In this document: positions 45,625 through 57,451 of the stretch, in pieces
How positions within the stretch are numbered: position 1 is the stretch's first letter
Layout of the letters: every line of letters starts with the position of its first letter
Assembly: GCF_026571515.1 (NCBI RefSeq)
Contig: NW_026852306.1
Coordinates: forward strand, 62,001 to 126,000
Length of the DNA: 64,000 nt
Source: Ruditapes philippinarum
Taxonomy: Eukaryota
Direction: 5' to 3'
The notes under the pieces: generated by a model
Databases searched by the model: none
Told to the model about the DNA's origin: nothing
Seen by the model: the letters and a program-made list of their open reading frames with translations, nothing else
Position numbers and translations under genes: made by a program

Positions 45625-48330
45625 TTATTTCAGACAGTATACGTCTGCTTTGTCTGAACGACGCTCCGTCAAAACGAGGAATGACCCATCATCTCGGTTT
45701 GAAATATGGATGTGTTGCGGGCGTGTCAATCCGAGATCACGTGACAGAATCGTCATCACAGAAGCCCCGCCCTCTGATAACATGAGGACATTTGCAGAAC
45801 GGATGGCAGTGACATATACATTATCTTCCCGGTCGACAGCTGTACTATAAGGACGATCAAGCTCTTTATGCGTGAACACGTACAAAACATCACCTCGAGT
45901 TGACATCCGCACAAGAGACCCTTTAGTCCCAGACTGGCCCTCGCAGCAGATGTAGAGCACGTGATCTGTTCTTGAACGAGTAACTGATACAGGTCTCAAG
46001 ATATTAGGATTTTCCCTGGAAGCAAAGTTGACCACTTGAAGCTCTCTGCCATTGTCGTCAAGAAAGGCCACTTGGTTCCCATCATCTTTTGTTGTCACAA
46101 CAAATTTTCCGTCAACAATGGCGATTCCCCAACATTCACGTCGTGTAACTATGCATCTTTGTGTACTCATTGATGACCCAATAACACGAATGACATGAAT
46201 TGTCTTCTCGAGCGGAACCGTTACAGCAATTTCATTTGAAGATAAACATGCGACATTCCACGGTTCCTTTGCCATATCTAAATGGCTTACATATGAAAAC
46301 TCGTGATTGAAAAGTTTGACGCGACTGTTGTTACAATCGATTAGAATAAGTCTTTTATCAGGAAGTTCAACGGAGCCAGTAATTGTGCATTCTCTTATGT
46401 CTCCTTCAACCTTAATAACCACACTTTTCAGTTTAGTGCATTGTTTCGGCGTAGTGTTGCTACTTGTTATTGGTTCAAATGTTAATGTTTTTGAATTACA
46501 CTTGTTCTGAGCTGAACAGGCGGAGTAAATGGAAGAATTTTCGTAAAGTGGCGACGCAGGGTTATCGTCAGCTTGTGTTGGTCGGAATAAACGAGCGAGT
46601 TGATTGATGGCAGACGAAACGATAGGTTTTACTTCGGGGCTCATGCTTGATGCAGATGAAGATCTATGACGAAACAGAAATTTCGTATTTCCATTGGCAC
46701 TCTCATCATTTTCAGCACGTTCAGACATACGCTTACTACTAGAAATGTCACCAACTCCCGACATTACATTAACATAATGCCAGACACGGTTCTTTGGTTT
46801 TTCACTTGTTGGAGGTTTAGTCAAAGCTCCGGGTAATGTCTTTGCCTCAACGTCACCGGGTGTTTCGCAGCCGTTTATTCCAGCGGCATCTTGGTTGGAG
46901 TTTGCTTCACTTTGACCAGTTGAAAATACCGAATCTTCGTCATCACTCAAATCAACAACATTTTCCTTTGCTTCGTTTGTTGGCGCAATATTGATCTCCG
47001 TATTGTGACTATAGTCTTGGTTTCGTTTAGGACTCGAGCATGATCTAGGCAGAAAGTGACGTATTCCATGGATATCTGGCCGTTCAGGACGTGGTCGGAC
47101 TACCGGTGTTGGAGCAGTGGACTCAATAGGCACGGTTTTTGGTCTCTTTGGCTCTTTATGCGCGCGATGTGGTCTTTGTTCCGTATTTGTTCCAGACTGG
47201 CTCGAAGTTGCGTCATTTAATGTTGGACGCGCTATTATTATCGCTCGTGGCGAAACATGACGTATAGGCGATCGTGAAGGGAGGTCATCAGCAGAAACGT
47301 CTCGAGGTGAAGGGATGAATGACTCGTTCAGAGTATTGCCCCTTGACATTAATTCTGGGGGTACCTTCAAGTTTGATTCAAAGTGATTTACGTTGACACT
47401 TCCTAGTTTACTAAAGGAGTTTAGAAAGGCAAGTAGTTCATTTTCAATGGCAAATTCTACTTTGATAACTTTTATATTTGAGTGACACCCGTGTATGAAA
47501 GATGATTGACTTTTGATGTCATTCTCGATCGTTGAGATCATCTCGAACGATTGTGACGAGACAGGAAGCTCACTTAATGTTTTTCCTGACGTTTCTATCT
47601 CCGCCTTTATCCGCTCGTATTTTTCACATTGAGCTTTCAAAACAACAACTTCTCCGTCGTGCTGTACATTAACTTGATCTTTGATGTCAGTCTCAAAGGA
47701 ATTAAGCAACGCTTCTACTTTCCCGCGAAAATCTTTTACTTCCGTCATAATGGACGTCTTTTCAGTAGACAATTGCTCTATGTTCGACTTCAGATGCAAG
47801 ATGGCATCATTTAGATAAACTAGTAGGTTTTCTACGTCAGTCTTGACGATTGTGAATCTGGTTGTGAATTCAGCGTGCTCTTCAATGTCGAGAACTTCGC
47901 ACTGGCGATGTGCATTTTTGAAACACTTGCTGCACAATTTGACATTGTGTTCGACACAGAAGAATTCAATCAGTTTGCCTGCATGCTCTGCACAACGTTC
48001 AACAGCTGTCGGAGTTTCGCGTTTTTCGAGCATTTCATGGAAGCTTGAGTCAAGCAACGAGACAAGCAAATGGTTCAGCGGGAACAAAGTAGACCAGGTG
48101 TCAATGCGGGTAAAGGCGCGTGGTGCAGGTGTTTGCGCTCGACAAACTGGACATGGGAAGTCGGACACTAAGACCCTCTCACGTGACTTGTTGACGATGT
48201 ATGAATGAAGGCAGGATTCACAAAGTGTGTGTTGGCATGGTAACATGCGAGGTGTCTTGTATATGTCCATACATATTGGACAGCATAAAATGTTGTCCTG
48301 TGGAGAGTGACTTGACTTCGTGGTAGCCAT
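45625..48330 (-). CDS. Single-exon-CDS TRIM E3 ligase (RING, B-box2, coiled coil, ~300-aa S/P-rich linker, NHL-like beta-propeller), TRIM2/3/56-like; 901 aa
   Basis: RING CPIC...LPCQHTLCESC...CPVC; B-box CAEH...FCVEHNVKLCSKC...HRQC; heptad-rich region; C-terminal repeats (LILIDCNNSRVKLF, PWNVAC, CWGIAI, RPVSV, RPYSTAVDREDNVYV). Acceptor tttcAG about 35 nt upstream of the ATG. Confidence 0.92.
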   Translation of the reverse strand: MATTKSSHSPQDNILCCPICMDIYKTPRMLPCQHTLCESCLHSYIVNKSRERVLVSDFPCPVCRAQTPAPRAFTRIDTWSTLFPLNHLLVSLLDSSFHEMLEKRETPTAVERCAEHAGKLIEFFCVEHNVKLCSKCFKNAHRQCEVLDIEEHAEFTTRFTIVKTDVENLLVYLNDAILHLKSNIEQLSTEKTSIMTEVKDFRGKVEALLNSFETDIKDQVNVQHDGEVVVLKAQCEKYERIKAEIETSGKTLSELPVSSQSFEMISTIENDIKSQSSFIHGCHSNIKVIKVEFAIENELLAFLNSFSKLGSVNVNHFESNLKVPPELMSRGNTLNESFIPSPRDVSADDLPSRSPIRHVSPRAIIIARPTLNDATSSQSGTNTEQRPHRAHKEPKRPKTVPIESTAPTPVVRPRPERPDIHGIRHFLPRSCSSPKRNQDYSHNTEINIAPTNEAKENVVDLSDDEDSVFSTGQSEANSNQDAAGINGCETPGDVEAKTLPGALTKPPTSEKPKNRVWHYVNVMSGVGDISSSKRMSERAENDESANGNTKFLFRHRSSSASSMSPEVKPIVSSAINQLARLFRPTQADDNPASPLYENSSIYSACSAQNKCNSKTLTFEPITSSNTTPKQCTKLKSVVIKVEGDIRECTITGSVELPDKRLILIDCNNSRVKLFNHEFSYVSHLDMAKEPWNVACLSSNEIAVTVPLEKTIHVIRVIGSSMSTQRCIVTRRECWGIAIVDGKFVVTTKDDGNQVAFLDDNGRELQVVNFASRENPNILRPVSVTRSRTDHVLYICCEGQSGTKGSLVRMSTRGDVLYVFTHKELDRPYSTAVDREDNVYVTAIRSANVLMLSEGGASVMTILSRDLGLTRPQHIHISNRDDGSFLVLTERRSDKADVYCLK

Positions 48331-49359
48331 TCGAAGTGTATTGAGCTACGTCTAAGACATCTATCTGAAAGGAGATTGAAGATCGGGTGAGCGGAAAGAT
48401 ATCATTGATAAAGTGGAATAAAGATATGCTGTAGTGGCCACTTAATTTACATGTGACATACAAATATTTGCTTATATTAAACTATTATTCTGTGCCAAAT
48501 CATATCTTGCCTTGCAGATCAAAATTTAATATTATTTTTATATTTGTGCAGATAAATACATGTAGAAAATTATACAATGATTTAGTCGTACTCAGTAAAA
48601 AGTTAGAAGTGATAATAACGTCATAATCGACGCCATATTTGAACAGGAACGAAAGGGCATTGTAGTGTAATCGTATTATTTTTATTCTATCTCTTCTAGT
48701 TTTTAACCGAAATGATTCGGCATTAATTTTTAATTGTTGAAAGATATTTGGTTAGAGGTAAGATTTTGGTAAAAGCGATAAACGTCTTTGCTCATATAGC
48801 TTTTTGTAAGGCAAGACCAAAATTGCTAAATTGTAAATAACCTTAAGATAAGTCGTATTTACTCATTTGTTCCTTTTTCTACAAATTGCTTATACATATG
48901 CTTTATTATTTTGCTCCCCTCGCCGCCGGTTAAAACATCAATATAATTTTATTTCGTTTCCTTCACAGAGCATGTTCGTTACATAACGTATAATTCCCGC
49001 AAAACTTTTATTGATTATTTCTTTGAAGGTACTTCCATCGAGTGAATTCAATGTTAGGGGATATTTTCTGATGCCCTTAATTATGCGCGCGACATCATGC
49101 TAAGCACAAGTTGTATGATATTGATTTTCATGTCAAACAAAGCGGCAATGGGATTTTTTTTTGTATTTCATTAGTCAATACTGTTGATAATGAGACAGAC
49201 AGATGTTAACAGGCATTTCAGATATATTAAAATGTATTACCATTTTTTGCCATATGATTCACCAAAAAGATTTAGATGTGAATTATACGCTTTATTTGTG
49301 ATTGATAAGTAACTATTTCTAGATATGTCAACAATGTGTGCCTAATTATAATATATTAA

Positions 49360-49706
49360 AGCGGCCTTCAGCTTTTTCTTTTTAATTATTTTTTGTTTTG
49401 TTTTTTAAACGCATTTCAGTAATTTTTCAGTAATTTTATCATGGAAAAATGCGTCATATCACTGTTAAGCCTTCTTTAAAACAGCAACCCGAGAGCTTAT
49501 TATGGCGAGCCAGTGACGTTTGTTTCTAAAAATAGAAGATCGAGAAACGAAACGTAGAGAGCGGACCGGTAGATTAGGGGTATCGGAGTGGTTTATTTAT
49601 TGTTTATGTATTTTATTGACGGCAAATATCACATTCAATCTCAATCCTTATATGCAACGATTTATTTAAAGATGACATATTTACTTTAAAAAAGCTGAAG
49701 GCCACT
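49360..49706. mobile_element. TTAA-targeting (Kolobok-like) MITE
   Basis: TTAA|AGCGGCCTTCAGCTTTTT ... AAAAAGCTGAAGGCCACT|TTTA. Confidence 0.8.
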
Positions 49707-50940
49707 TTTATTATAATAACATATCATCATATCAATGTACATGTAAATTCATATTTTGGTTAATATGATTAAAGTGCTGCTCGGTGCATATCCTCAATTC
49801 TACATTCATTTGTATCTATAAATAGGAAAATAACATACAGAATCATAACCAATCTAAATTTACAAACAATATTGAAATTGTAAGACAAAAATACTCTATA
49901 TTGATTCATAGTAAAACAAACTTTGTTGGATACAGACACATTTCATAAAAGATTCATGAGTGACTTAATATTAGTTTGAACATCAAAGATCATTTTTTGC
50001 AGTGTTATGAGTAACGATTACCAATGAATGCGGTACGACAAAATACTGTTATAAAATATTAATAATGTATTTTTTTTGCATTCAAACAAGAACAGGCAGC
50101 AGTTTATTCACAATAGTGTATTATTCCGCGTGCTTTAAGCATTGTTTCATGACATCACGAACTTAATTACAGTGTTTAACCATTTCTCGATAAGCCCAAG
50201 TTTATTCAATTACTGCCCATTGATATCCATAATTACCATAACTAAACCATTAAACCATTAATGAATGCAATCTAGGCTGATTAAAACCATTAACGTAATT
50301 ATAAAAGATAAACACTAATCAGTTGTCTACTAAATCGTCTTGCGGTGCTTTGACGATAAACACTAAAGCAATAACGGTGGCGGCTAATTGAACAGCCTTG
50401 CAATCTCGAGGGAATAAATACTATATCATCACACGCGTATTTATCTATTGATGTTAGTTTTACATTGATTAACATTAAACAACAGTTCGTATTGTCCTCT
50501 TTTCCTCTCTTTGAAACATACGATATTTATGTATTGAAATTATTACTAAGCATGTTTGAGCGGTGGTTATATTTTGTTCAAAGCCAGAGTCAGTTTACTT
50601 GCGAATTCGTCAGTATTTTTTTAAACGAATGGTAACAAGGCAAACTTTATGAGTCATATTAAAAACTAGTTTTGTTGTTCTCTAGACTTGAAAAAAATGC
50701 AGTTCAACAAATACGTTGTAGTATTTATGTTCTATATTCAAATTATAGTACAATGAAAATGATATATTTATGTGCATTTCTTTTACTTAGATACGTAAGT
50801 AATAAGAGTTGCGCTCAAGGTACGCTTGACGAAAGTTAATGCTACTATTCAAAATTAAAGTAATCAAAAACTTACGCTTTATTCCTTACAGTAATGTATA
50901 ACTCAAATATAGAAATGACAGTATTATTACTCCATTCTAC

Positions 50941-51175
50941 GCACGTGACGTAATATCGTCTGCGAGTAAATATGGGATATTGTCCGAGAATGTCTCGTAG
51001 CAGTTCTCGTGAGACACGCGAAAATATTCCAATAATTTGCATAAAAATAAGGAGCAAATTGCGCAGACGAATGAGTCATGATTAGGGGATGCATTGCGTG
51101 ATGTTACATTGACTTCCAGCTTGTAAACAAGTACGAGTAAGCGCTATAAATAGACTAGAATCAGGGTCGATAATC
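50941..51175 (+). promoter_or_regulatory. Candidate inducible promoter/enhancer (dense transcription-factor motif cluster ending in a TATA box)
   Basis: GCACGTGACGTAAT 50941-50954, CCAAT 51029, TTGCATAA 51037, TGAGTCA 51072, GTAAACA 51123, TATAAATA 51145. CpG-richer than the flanks. No coding exon identified downstream. Confidence 0.4.
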
Positions 51176-52391
51176 TGAAGCAGTTGCCAGGCCAAATCAA
51201 ACAAAGAGATATTGAAAAGTAGTTCTAGAAATAAAGGCAAAAGATAGGACATTCATAATAGATCACTTGGTTCTTTATGATTGGTTTTGTTTTTAATTTC
51301 AGTGACAGGAATTTGAAATTTGTCATTAGTTACTTCAAATGAACATATTTGTTTTATATTAGAGATAAACTATTTTAGTAAAAAAGGACAACAAAACGCC
51401 TATCCATACGTTTGGTCACTGAACTTTAAGAGTGGGGAGATATTTATTTCTTAGATAAATGTATTGAATATTTGTGTAACAGAAAGAAGACAACTCGTAT
51501 TGCCATGAATGCTTTAACTTGTTTTTAGATGGGTTTTTTTTTGTTTGTTTACAAACATATAAAATTAGCGCATCGACCATTTATGATGTAAACGAGGAAA
51601 ATATCTTAATCGTTTGTATATACTAAACGATAAAATTAGACCTTTACGAATATAGATAAAAGTTTTTTATTCAGAGTTAAAAATATATCTTATTTCACTA
51701 TTCCTCCGCAACAAATTATAAAAGATGAACACTTCGGTTTTCTTTTTCTGTTCTATATCTTATAGGCCGAATGATATGATAAGCAGCCAAGCTGATAAAA
51801 ATCGTTTAAAGTTGTATTGTACTTTATTAGAACACGGGAATAGTTCAATATCTTAAAGGAACGTGTTTCAAATGTGAAATAATAATGAAGATTTCCATGG
51901 TTTTCAGTTTTCGTGACAACCTATTTTGTGAGCAGTCAATTTTCTATAAATTTGGTGCATATTTGCTCATTAAAGCAGGGATTTACATCACTTTCTATTT
52001 CCAGGCGTTTAAAGGATGCATGTTTTGTTATTAAAAGTGATCCAACTATACTAACTCAAGGTGTCCAACCTCTGCTTCATGGTGTCCAACAATTTATTAA
52101 AGCAGCCCAAATTCTTTACTAAACCAAAGTATTTACTTCTAATTTCTTATATAACAAACACTTGTTTACTACAATTTTTTATGGAGTTCAGCAAGATTTA
52201 AGGCAGTAATTTATGTTTTATGCATCCACTCGAACGCATCCAAGTAGGCTTTTTAGGGATATATTGACGCAGGATCCTACATTCATTAAATATAATCTTT
52301 ATATGGATGTTCGCATTTGTCGATGAGTTCAAGGAATAAAAAAAAACATTTTATACCGGACGCTATGTAATAATCTAACAAATAAACTTAA

Positions 52392-52722
52392 AGATCCTGT
52401 ATGTTATAATTAAGGACGTAACAACACTTAAGTGAAATTTTGTATATGCATATAATTCTTCTTAAACAATCCAAGAATATGTTAAATATGTATTGCAAAT
52501 CTTTATGCGCATTATAAGTAATCATTAAAATGTATGCACTTATTTCTGAAAAATTTGGCTGAGACTTTATCGAAAATAAATTTCTAATTACCTCCCTTTA
52601 TTTACATGAAATGTAGATTCGGTAATATTTTACAAAATATAATGCTTTTTCAAAGTTGCAATATTGATATATCTTCATTTGAGCATCATATTTATGATAT
52701 AAAAAATTGTGTTACGGGATCC
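52392..52722. mobile_element. TTAA-targeting (Kolobok-like) MITE; same family as 19018-19379
   Basis: TTAA|AGATCCTGTA ... TACGGGATCC|TTAA. Confidence 0.8.
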
Positions 52723-53655
52723 TTAAATACCTTTAAATAAGCCACCCGTGGTTAAACATTCATTCTTTAAGAACGCAACTTTAAAAAATACCAACATTTC
52801 GCTCAAAAAATGACATGAACCGAACAACATTAATAATGTTGTCCTAATTATGTATTTACCTTGTCACTTATTTTCAAAAATGATAAAATTCGTGCAGACT
52901 TAATAACTAAGACGCAGTTTCACCCAGTCATCCTGGTGCGTGTATCGAATTCTGTAAACAAAACTATTACGATATTGTTCCACTTTGAAACTGATAGCCC
53001 TCAACCCTATTAAATCGGTAAAATGATCTGAGCTGAATGAATTCATCAGCGCGTTCATTGATACATAAACAATCCCGGTGCTACATTTGTAATGTTGTTA
53101 TTATCATAGCGACAGCTATTATGTTTAAAATATACATTTGTAACGCACATTAATGGGAGACTGTAATGATTATGATTGCACTAACTTTCAGAGAACATGG
53201 TTGTTCTCGAAGATATCTATGTTTATATTCTAGCTTTGCAAATCTTCTAAAACTGTTTTTTTCTTTTTTTTTTCTTTTTTTTTTCATTATTATTTTTATT
53301 AATATTACATTTTATTTGTTTATGTCAGTGTTTTCTGTTGTTGTTTTTATTTTGTGAAAGTTATGTGTTTTTAAGGAACAACTTTTAATTTTCTGCTTTT
53401 TAAGATAAACGTCGTTTTCTTAACTGAATACTCGTACTGTATAGGTTAACGCCGCGCGTTTACTTTATGATATACAATTTGACGAAAATATATGATTTTT
53501 TCGCGCCTCAATTTTCGCGTTTGGTTTGAATTTACAACCTCTTGATGAATGACGGTATAATTCATATACTGTAGAAGGCGTACGGATTCTTATTATTCTG
53601 CCAATGTTTAAAGGCATATTATGCCTTAGAATTTTACTTCTTTAGAAAGGGCAAG

Positions 53656-53939
53656 CACCAAATTCTTTTGAGATATATATTTTTGTGTTGTCAACTCGCC
53701 GTAAAAGCATATGTTAAATCTATTTGATTCAGTTATTTTACTACCATGCATTGTTTACTTGAACTTCCATTCAATAAATAAATAATTTCTACGATTTGGA
53801 ATAATGAAAGCTGATATATTATGATAAGATCAATAATGTTTATTTGACTTTTATTTAAATATTTTACGTATTTAAAATATACTGTTTGCACCAAATACCT
53901 TTGAGATTTATAACTTGGTTTTGTCAACTCGCCGTAAAA
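53656..53939. repeat. ~50-bp direct repeat pair, ~232 bp apart
   Basis: gcaccaaat...tttgagat...ttgtcaactcgccgtaaaa at 53656-53706 and 53888-53939. Confidence 0.8.
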
Positions 53940-55648
53940 CGGAACTAGAAATACGTTCATTATTCACTAATTAACTAAATAAAGTTGCATCATAGCTCTA
54001 CTGTCGCGTGGCTTATTGATAAATGAAGACTCGCCAGAATATGCCGAGTCATTCTGTTGCAAAACGACTATTAATGAATTTGTCGTTGATAGTATTGAAA
54101 CGGTTGCCTCCCGTATTCTTTGGCAAAGTCTTTCGCTTTAAAATAATATAGATATGTCAATATTTTATTCATTACTGTATGCCACTACGTGTTATGTTTT
54201 GTATTTTGTTAAGAAGTTAATTATGTGGTATTATGTCTTTTTTATTCTATGTACAATTATAACATACGGTATTTTCTTTACGTGGGGTATTTTGTTTTAT
54301 CTTGGCCGATTGAAATACTTTGTATATCAATCTATTTTAGCTATAAATAATAGGTATAAAATCGACAAACATGTAAAGTTACGAATGTATTTAACATACA
54401 CTTGCTGTGTCTTAATGCATTTATCCTGTATTTATAAAATCATCGTTTTATTATCGTCGTGAAATTTGACATATTTGATATACCTATTTTAAAGTAAAAA
54501 ACCACGGAAGCATATATCGTTCTTAAAACATTAATATAATGCTTTCATTGCAATAATATATAATAGGAAGACTAAACTGTGCAATTGACTATAATTGCAA
54601 ATTATTCATTTATCTTAATTCTCTCTTTGTATTTCATTTTGCAATAATTTCAATGAAGTGCAACATCTTTAGCTGCATCAAGCTATCCTATACCTTTCTT
54701 TTATCGAAATGATAAAAAAGTTAAACAAGCCAAATGAAACAGCAAAGTGTTCAAACAATGGTTTATATCCTAAAATTAACAGAAACGAAATTTCTACGCT
54801 CAACCTTTAAAATGCATTTATTCAAAAATTTGAAAAATAATTTACCTTTTAAAAAATCCCTCTCAAAATTTTAACTCAACACCTATTATACACGTTTCGC
54901 CTTAAACAAACGTTTTGAAAAAATATATATCTACAACTTAAAAACCAAACAATTTAATATTGATTTGGGGACGGACCTATATCAGATAGCGTCCAGACGT
55001 AAAGAGATACGTGCTTATTTATTTGTTAAAGCGATAAAGTGGAAAAATAAGAAAAGCAGCAAAAATAATAAACAAAGACAATTGATATCTTAAAAACCCC
55101 ATAATTTGCTTACTATAGCATAATAGATTGATCTGTAGGGTAGTATTTGTAAAGTAGTATTTGTTAGTGTTCAAGTCGTAGATCTGCTTAGGGTATATCA
55201 CATAACGACATCGATACATGTATATCAAATGTCCGTCTTGGGTGCATATTATTGCCGCAGTATTGAATGTTTTCAAATATTGTTATAATTTCAACAACTA
55301 CAACGTTTAAAAGCATACCAGATAAACGCCCTTTAGTGATTTGGAGTGTTGATTTCTTTTCTTATAATTTTCTAAAGCTATACATATTAGTTTTATTTTC
55401 ACTATTTTGTAAGCGTTGAAAATATTATAATATTTAGTATTTGTACGATGAAGTTTAAGATACGCATGTTCTGACCATTTTTTATGCAAGTTTTATTTCA
55501 TTTTATTTTAGAATTTTAATTAATCGAGCGTATATTTTTACAATGTAAAAATGTGTGTAGAATATGTCTATTTACTAAAATCGCTGAAAGAATTAAAAGT
55601 TAAATTGCCATAGTAAATGGTGTATAAGTTATCACAATAACTATACAC

Positions 55649-55950
55649 CAGTGGCGTAGCTACTATAAGGCCATGTAGGCAAAAACTTACGTGGGTGGAA
55701 TTGGTAGCGTGTTTAAGCCGTATGGTTCAATAAAGTGTCTTTTAGGCTGATGCATGATTTACCGTCCTCAATAAAGTTGGCATCTAATCAAAGTCATAGT
55801 TTAGAGTTATTGTTTTGATAATTTTCCTTGAAAATACTTTAGAAAGCGCAATTTGCTCTTTTTAATCTGAACTTGTTTTTGGCTTCTTGGGCTTAGACCC
55901 CAGACCCCCTTCTATGGACCTACAAGTTGATAAAAGCTGGCTACGCCCCA
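55649..55950. mobile_element. hAT-like MITE, degenerate
   Basis: CAGTGGCGTAGC ... GGCTACGCCCC termini and an internal cccagacccc motif typical of hAT-derived MITEs. TSD only partial. Confidence 0.6.
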
Positions 55951-57188
55951 TACATTGAGTTGTATAGGCTCGTAATAAATCATAGTATACAACGGATGTT
56001 ATTTGTTACAAAAATTAAATGGAGTCCACTGTTTTTGTTTTTTGACATGGCGGGACTGAAAATAATTGTTCGAGGTTAATGCTCTGTTTCATGTTGGTGT
56101 AGACCAAAAATCTTTATGCAAAGTTTCAGACCATTCGCCCGTTGTTTTTTTTTTTCAGAATATGTATTCTTATTGTAAAAAAAGGATCTTAAATTGAAAA
56201 CGCGTTGCAAGGCTTTTCACCCAAATCCGGCTAAGAAAAGCACAATATTTCAATTAATTATGTTTGCATATCTTTCTGTTTCAAGTACCACGCCTCATTT
56301 ATGTAAGACATACAAATTTAAAAGACCCTTAAATAAAAACACATAAGTATGCGATAAAAGTATTTTATAAGATACATAATATGTATATACTTGCAGCATG
56401 GAAGCATATGTTATTTTGTATAATATATTTAAAATAATCATTGCAAAAACCCAAGTATTTTAACTTTTTATTGAATCATTACAGTCGTATTACAATGAAT
56501 GTAGGGGAGATAAGTAGAGTCAAGTAAAACGCTGCAGCAATCGCTATTTTTCGATAACAAAATGACTGAACGTTCTTTCAGGGGAGGTAACTAGAATCTC
56601 ATTTTGCTACTTACAAGAACGCACGAGTTATCCGTAAGTTCAAAATTGTTTGTTCGGATAACACTTGCAAACTTTTTTATTTAATAGTAGTAATACCTAA
56701 TGGCAAGACTTTTACAGTGACATTTTCCTAACATTGTAGTTTAATTTTCCTGGGATGATAAATACTGTATTTTTGGAATTTTGATCATCAGCAGCACAGC
56801 TTCTTAGAGCACTTTTAAAGTTTTACATGTATTGAGGATGAGTCTAATTTTTCTTGTTTGCGTCATTTTAATCAACTTATCTGATCTTTTGTCTGATTTA
56901 ATCAGGGTTAATGGAATAACAACAGTATTTAATTAAATTAAAGGTAGTGTGCGATCAAATCAACCTCTATGTCATTGTTTCTTTATTTTTGATTTTTTGT
57001 TAACAAAAGTGTGAATAGATTATTATAATTTATGAAGTACTTTTGTGTGGTCCATTGGTCCCACTTCATGATATACAAACCAAAGATTAGTTCATTCTAA
57101 AGTTATTCCAGTTAAGATGAAATTGACTATGCAGATAAGATGTTGAACCAATGTTCAAAGTATCGGCTCTTGAAACATTGCACGGTAA

Positions 57189-57451
57189 CATTTTGTTTGG
57201 TTTTGAGGCACACCAACACAATATAGGTCATATGGCACCGAAACAGGAAACATGGTTTTGACTAACCTTGGGTACTACGAACTTCAAAGCATCACCAGTC
57301 GTAAAAACCACCTCACCTGCTTGAGCTAAAAGATGCATAGAATTCATTTATTTGAACCCATTTAGTCGCATCTAACGATCACGGATGGTTAAAAGGTGAC
57401 TGCAATTCTTTTGCCTCAGTCATTAAAAGCAACCCCTCAGCTACAAGGGGA
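57189..57451 (-). mobile_element. Short retroposon with 9-bp TSD and (CAAA)-type tail
   Basis: Flanked by GCACGGTAA (57180-57188 and 57452-57460). Minus-strand 3' end gccatatgacctatattgtgttggtgtgcctcaaaaccaaacaaaa resembles bivalve SINE/LINE tails. Confidence 0.75.

Noticed and set aside
45563-48208. Plus-strand ORFs overlapping the TRIM gene
   Set aside because: Antisense shadows of a long coding sequence with no recognisable motifs.
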